A DNA stretch of 64,000 nucleotides, taken from positions 62,001-126,000 of the IMG/VR virus record IMGVR_UViG_3300044796_000662; one strand, given 5' to 3'. The position numbers and the translations under genes are program-made. The notes under the pieces are model-generated. The model was not told the origin of the DNA. It worked only from the letters and a program-made list of their open reading frames with translations, and did no database searches. Shown one piece after another: positions 60,174 to 64,000 of this stretch (position 1 is its first letter; each line of letters begins with the position of its first letter).

Positions 60174-62759
60174 TCAGCTCGATGAAACGAACCAGTTGGT
60201 CCCATCCGACGTGAGCTGCCAGGTACCCCAGGCAGAATCCAACAGGTACGGACCCGTAGTACCGTTGATGGTCTGAGACCCCGTGGGCAGAAGCAAAAAC
60301 GGGTAAGTCCCAAGGTTGCCGGTCTGGTCGATGAAGGCCACGCGGCGACCGGCGTACTTCCCAGCGGTCAAATCTGGCAGAGTGAACGTGATCGCGGCAA
60401 CGCCCGTTTGCAGGAAGACAGTGGCGTCGTCGTACCCCGCAGAGTCCAACGAGTACGGGCCGGTGGACGGACCGCAAACACGTGTGTTGCTGTAGGGCGT
60501 CCGACCTTGAAGGACGTACCAAGAGGTTCCGTCGCACTCCAGGATGTACTGAGCGTTGGGGCTTGTGAGCGGGTAGGTAGTGTGACCCTGAATGAGTTCT
60601 GCGCTCTTCGCCGTGCCGCCGCTCACGTACGCGTTGACGAACGTGGTCCCGTCGAGCAGGAAAGTGAACGAGTCAATCACAGTGACGAAGAAGGTACCGT
60701 TCGCTTCTGTCGTGCCGGTGACCCCAGAGATGGTCACCTGTCCGTGCGTGACGAAGGTGTGCGAAGCCGTGAAGACTTCGATCTGACCACCTGCACCCGA
60801 GACGATGTTGCTGACTGCGACCGCACCGCCCGTACCGTTGAAAGGCTGCAACGTGACTGCGGAAGACGTGCTCACGGAGCTGTCCGTCATCAGGTAGATG
60901 CGCTGACCCGACCTCGTGTAGGGGTCCTGAAGATTGAAGTTGGAGCTACCTGATCCCGTGAGCGTGACCGTCGAGTCACCCTGCTGGAGGTTCGTGCCGC
61001 CAGAAGCCTTGCGGACAGCGAAACGGTCGTTGATGTACCCCAGGAGGAACGAGAGCTGCACGCCGAGCGCGTACTCGGGCAGGTTGTAGGGCGGGCTCAA
61101 GCCCGTGCCGCTGTTCGCAATCGCCCCCGAGCCGACACGATCGCTACCCGAAGTGGAGAAGTACGACGCCGTTGCCGACTGCGCCGTATACGAACCCGTG
61201 TAGGTCGAGCTGAAGAGCGTGTAGTGAGTCGAATCGATCCGCGTCGCTGCCCAACCGCCGTTGAGCACCATGCCGCCGGACGTCACCGCGCCCGAGATGA
61301 CGAGGTACAACACAGACGAGAAGGGGAACGCCGGCAAGAGAGGCTCTTGCGTGTGGATCTGGATGAGACCACCGTTGTTGGAGACGTCGAGGACAGTGGT
61401 CCCCACGAGGGTCCCGTACTGGAACGTGCCCCCGCCGATGTAGTTTTTGTTGAACGTCGAGCTTTGCAGGTCGTAGGTGTACGCGTTGATCTGCGTGACG
61501 ACCCACAACCCGTTGGCTTCCCCGGCACCAGAAACGTTCTGGATGATGACGTGACTACCCGTGGGGACGCTGACACTGGAGGCCAGCGTCACACGAATGA
61601 GCCCAGACCCATTGTTTGCAACGTTGACGATCTGAGCGTTACCACCCGTCTGGCTGCCCATCGCAGAGACGAAGCTCTCGATGAGGCTCTGCACCGAGCC
61701 CGCGGTCGGAGCCCCTGGACCCTGAGAAACGGTGGGTGTGGTGCCGTCTGCAAGAGTCGCGAGCGTCTGGCGAGCGCCGATACGGTCGCTACCCGTGGCC
61801 AATGCCCAGGAGATTTGCGGAAGGGAGCCCGTTGCGGTGAAGGTGGTCGGGCCAGGGAAGTTGGCCGTCAGCACGATAGCCGTACCCGTAACACTGAGCA
61901 CCGTGGCCGAGTAGTACGTGCCGCTGCAATCGAACAGGATGATGTCGCCCGGGATGATGACACCCGTCTGACTGGTGGTAGCCGTGACGTTCGGGCTCAA
62001 GCCCACGACACTGAACGTACCGGAGAGCGGGACACCGATGTCCGTGACAGCGCTGGCCCAAGACCCGCCCGGAACTGACGCGGAGAACTGGCTCGTTGGC
62101 GTCAACGGGAACGTCCCATTGTTGCCCGCGTGCACTGAATCGTAGACGGTGATGTTCCAGCCGTAGTAGTTCAGCCAGTTCGAACCGAGGTTGATGCCCT
62201 GGATCAGGACGTTCGGACCACCGGCCACGATGGACATGGCGGTGCCGCTCGTCTCCTGAGCCAGCATCCGGATCACCTGATCGAGCAGGTTTTGGAGCGT
62301 ACCGGCGCCCGTGTTCAAGCTCGGGGCGAGACCGTCCACGAACGCCACGTCGAGAGACGACGCACCGATCGCGCTCATGCCCTGTGTACCAGTCGGGGAA
62401 CCGAGCTGCGTGATCAAGTTCTCAAGCAGCGCTTGGAGTGTGCCACCCGTGACCGTGTTGCTGTTTGCGAGAGTTGCGGTCGTCGGGCTCGTACCGCTGA
62501 TCCTGTCCGCAGCGGAGTGCAGACGGGTCAGGTTGGTCAGGTCCGTGATGAACTTCGTGAGCTGCGCCCCGACGTTCGTTGCGGGGTTCGTGGTCCCGTC
62601 CAACCAAGGGCCGTCACCGACCCAAGAGACCTGGCTCGCAAGAGCAGCTCCACCACCGCCGCCGCTGGGGGCGAGGAGTGCCGAAGCCGGAACCGTGCCG
62701 ACCGAGAGCTTGCCCGGCCCCGGGTTGACCGAGGAAAGGGGGTCAGAAGTGGACGGCAT
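60174..62759 (-). CDS. Tail fibre/receptor-binding-like protein with repeated beta modules
   Basis: Repeated I....G...NG.(W/F).VT.I...(Y/F).L modules; C-terminal pair of ~60-aa repeats. Confidence 0.78.
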   Translation of the reverse strand: MPSTSDPLSSVNPGPGKLSVGTVPASALLAPSGGGGGAALASQVSWVGDGPWLDGTTNPATNVGAQLTKFITDLTNLTRLHSAADRISGTSPTTATLANSNTVTGGTLQALLENLITQLGSPTGTQGMSAIGASSLDVAFVDGLAPSLNTGAGTLQNLLDQVIRMLAQETSGTAMSIVAGGPNVLIQGINLGSNWLNYYGWNITVYDSVHAGNNGTFPLTPTSQFSASVPGGSWASAVTDIGVPLSGTFSVVGLSPNVTATTSQTGVIIPGDIILFDCSGTYYSATVLSVTGTAIVLTANFPGPTTFTATGSLPQISWALATGSDRIGARQTLATLADGTTPTVSQGPGAPTAGSVQSLIESFVSAMGSQTGGNAQIVNVANNGSGLIRVTLASSVSVPTGSHVIIQNVSGAGEANGLWVVTQINAYTYDLQSSTFNKNYIGGGTFQYGTLVGTTVLDVSNNGGLIQIHTQEPLLPAFPFSSVLYLVISGAVTSGGMVLNGGWAATRIDSTHYTLFSSTYTGSYTAQSATASYFSTSGSDRVGSGAIANSGTGLSPPYNLPEYALGVQLSFLLGYINDRFAVRKASGGTNLQQGDSTVTLTGSGSSNFNLQDPYTRSGQRIYLMTDSSVSTSSAVTLQPFNGTGGAVAVSNIVSGAGGQIEVFTASHTFVTHGQVTISGVTGTTEANGTFFVTVIDSFTFLLDGTTFVNAYVSGGTAKSAELIQGHTTYPLTSPNAQYILECDGTSWYVLQGRTPYSNTRVCGPSTGPYSLDSAGYDDATVFLQTGVAAITFTLPDLTAGKYAGRRVAFIDQTGNLGTYPFLLLPTGSQTINGTTGPYLLDSAWGTWQLTSDGTNWFVSSS

Positions 62760-64000
62760 TACGTATTCCTCTTGGTGAGCAAGTTGCCCTTGATTCGGAA
62801 GATGCTCGCGGTAGTCGTGTTCAAGGCAAGGTTGCTCTCGAAGTAGACCCCGTTGTCCTCGTCGAACACAGCCCAGCGGATGAGAAGAATCAGCACGAGC
62901 TGACCCTTGTGTCCGTACGCCGATGCCGTGGGCAGCTCAGCGAGGATCGGCTGGATGACCTTGTGCTTGATCGGGTCCGACAGATCTTGAGCGAAGGCGT
63001 TCGGAACGTACCCAGATGGCACGCTCTTGAAGAACGTGCGCCCCTCTGCGTCGATGTCCGAGCCAGACGCGCGGTTGAACGTGACCGCTTCAGGGTCAGG
63101 CGTGAAGGGGACGAACACGGGCAGCCTGAGCATGCCGGTCGTCGCGTTGAAGTCCGCGATCGAGATAGCCGACCTGGAGTTCAACTCGTGCTCGCCCGTG
63201 TACGAGCCGCCCGAGGTGTTGTAGATGCCGCCCGTTTGCACGTAGGCCGTGGGGAACGGGTAGCCCACATCTTCCGAGGCAGGTCCCTGCGTCAGCGTGT
63301 AGAGCGACGGAGAGATGTACCGGGGAATGACCGTCTGCGTCGTCCCGATGATCGAATCGCGCCCTGTCTGCGGAGCCCGGGTCTCGTACCAGACGATCAG
63401 CTCGACTGCGGTAGGCGCAGCCGGTACCGGGCGAAGCGCCGAGTAGGAGTAGCTGAGGGTGTCCCCCGAAACCGTCCAGTCAGCCGTGTTCGTGAAGGTG
63501 GCGATGCGCCCCGTGGCGTCGAGCGTCACGGAACCTGCGATGGGCGTACCGTTCTTCTGGATCGACGTAGGAATGGCCGAAGCGCGTTCCGGGATACGGA
63601 AGGAGATCCCGTTCATCGTCCAGGAGATCGATCCGCTGTTCGCGTCAGGGAAGACGCCTCCAGAGTTCGTGATCTGAACCGACGTAGGCGACAACCATGC
63701 CGCGATCGGGAAGGAGCCGTTGTTGCCACCGTTCGCTGCCCCCGAGAAGAGAATGCGCTGGCCCACCATCTCGGGCACCATCGCCGTCAGACCTGTGATG
63801 GTCACGAGGGGCGAAGAGAACGCTGAGATCGTGGCCGCAGCGCCAGAACCCGTCAGGGCGTTCTGCGTCGCAATCGCGATCGAAGAGGTCGTGTACTGGA
63901 TCTGCGCTTCACGGTGCGTGTTGTCGATCGACTCGTTCGCGTAGGCGCTGAAGTTGTACGGCGTCCCCGAGGGGATCGCCTGCACGACCTGGAAGCTCGA
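62759..64000 (-). CDS. Baseplate/tail structural protein, C-terminal part (5' end outside window)
   Basis: Frame open to the window edge; TAATG overlap with the next gene; shares the SGAAN..NNG.FPI module. Confidence 0.75.
   Translation of the reverse strand, partial: SSFQVVQAIPSGTPYNFSAYANESIDNTHREAQIQYTTSSIAIATQNALTGSGAAATISAFSSPLVTITGLTAMVPEMVGQRILFSGAANGGNNGSFPIAAWLSPTSVQITNSGGVFPDANSGSISWTMNGISFRIPERASAIPTSIQKNGTPIAGSVTLDATGRIATFTNTADWTVSGDTLSYSYSALRPVPAAPTAVELIVWYETRAPQTGRDSIIGTTQTVIPRYISPSLYTLTQGPASEDVGYPFPTAYVQTGGIYNTSGGSYTGEHELNSRSAISIADFNATTGMLRLPVFVPFTPDPEAVTFNRASGSDIDAEGRTFFKSVPSGYVPNAFAQDLSDPIKHKVIQPILAELPTASAYGHKGQLVLILLIRWAVFDEDNGVYFESNLALNTTTASIFRIKGNLLTKRNT

Noticed and set aside
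62790-62817. TTGATTC as a sixth class-1 promoter
   Set aside because: The downstream box is GCGGTAGT, not GGGTTGTAGT, and it is antisense within a CDS
1-64000. Stop-codon reassignment, inteins or introns as in some jumbo phages
   Set aside because: Conserved enzymes are full length under code 11 and end at TAG, TGA and TAA; no intein motifs or split genes in polA, dnaB or SNF2
1-64000. Prophage or bacterial chromosome origin; nucleus-forming phage
   Set aside because: No integrase, att site or housekeeping synteny. No shell, tubulin or multisubunit RNAP genes in this window, so lifestyle and class cannot be assigned.

Overview
A gene-dense, GC-rich (roughly 65%, estimated by eye) segment of a large dsDNA tailed-phage genome, probably a jumbo phage. 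No rRNA, tRNA, CRISPR array, integrase or IS element is recognisable. About 80 CDS are present, and almost all after 5.7 kb lie on the minus strand with 1-4 nt start/stop overlaps. Modules: NAD and nucleotide metabolism (NAMPT, ThyX, 5'-nucleotidase, Nudix, DHH, SpeD-like, C-N hydrolase); DNA processing (RNase HII, Dam, HNH, family A polymerase, primase Zn domain, DnaB-like, SNF2); proteostasis (ClpX, Ycf46-like AAA with DUF1257/DUF2997-like partners, a J-like protein); a candidate lysis cassette; and baseplate/tail-fibre genes. A myxobacteria-style lipoprotein suggests a Myxococcota host (inference). Leads: (1) dispersed unrelated proteins share short RVAAR(F/Y) or YDRR tags ending in basic-x-Ala, a candidate capsid-addressing and processing system; (2) RNase HII and Dam end in the same 14-aa peptide, differing only synonymously; (3) there are two exact phage promoter classes, one apparently giving leaderless mRNAs; (4) a holin-like gene, papain protease and Cys-rich lipoprotein form a cassette; (5) an AAA/DUF1257/DUF2997-like operon includes a possible capsid-fold paralog. 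Family assignments come from recognisable motifs and recalled consensus sequences, not database searches. Several starts were moved from the ORF track using SD spacing and start/stop overlaps.
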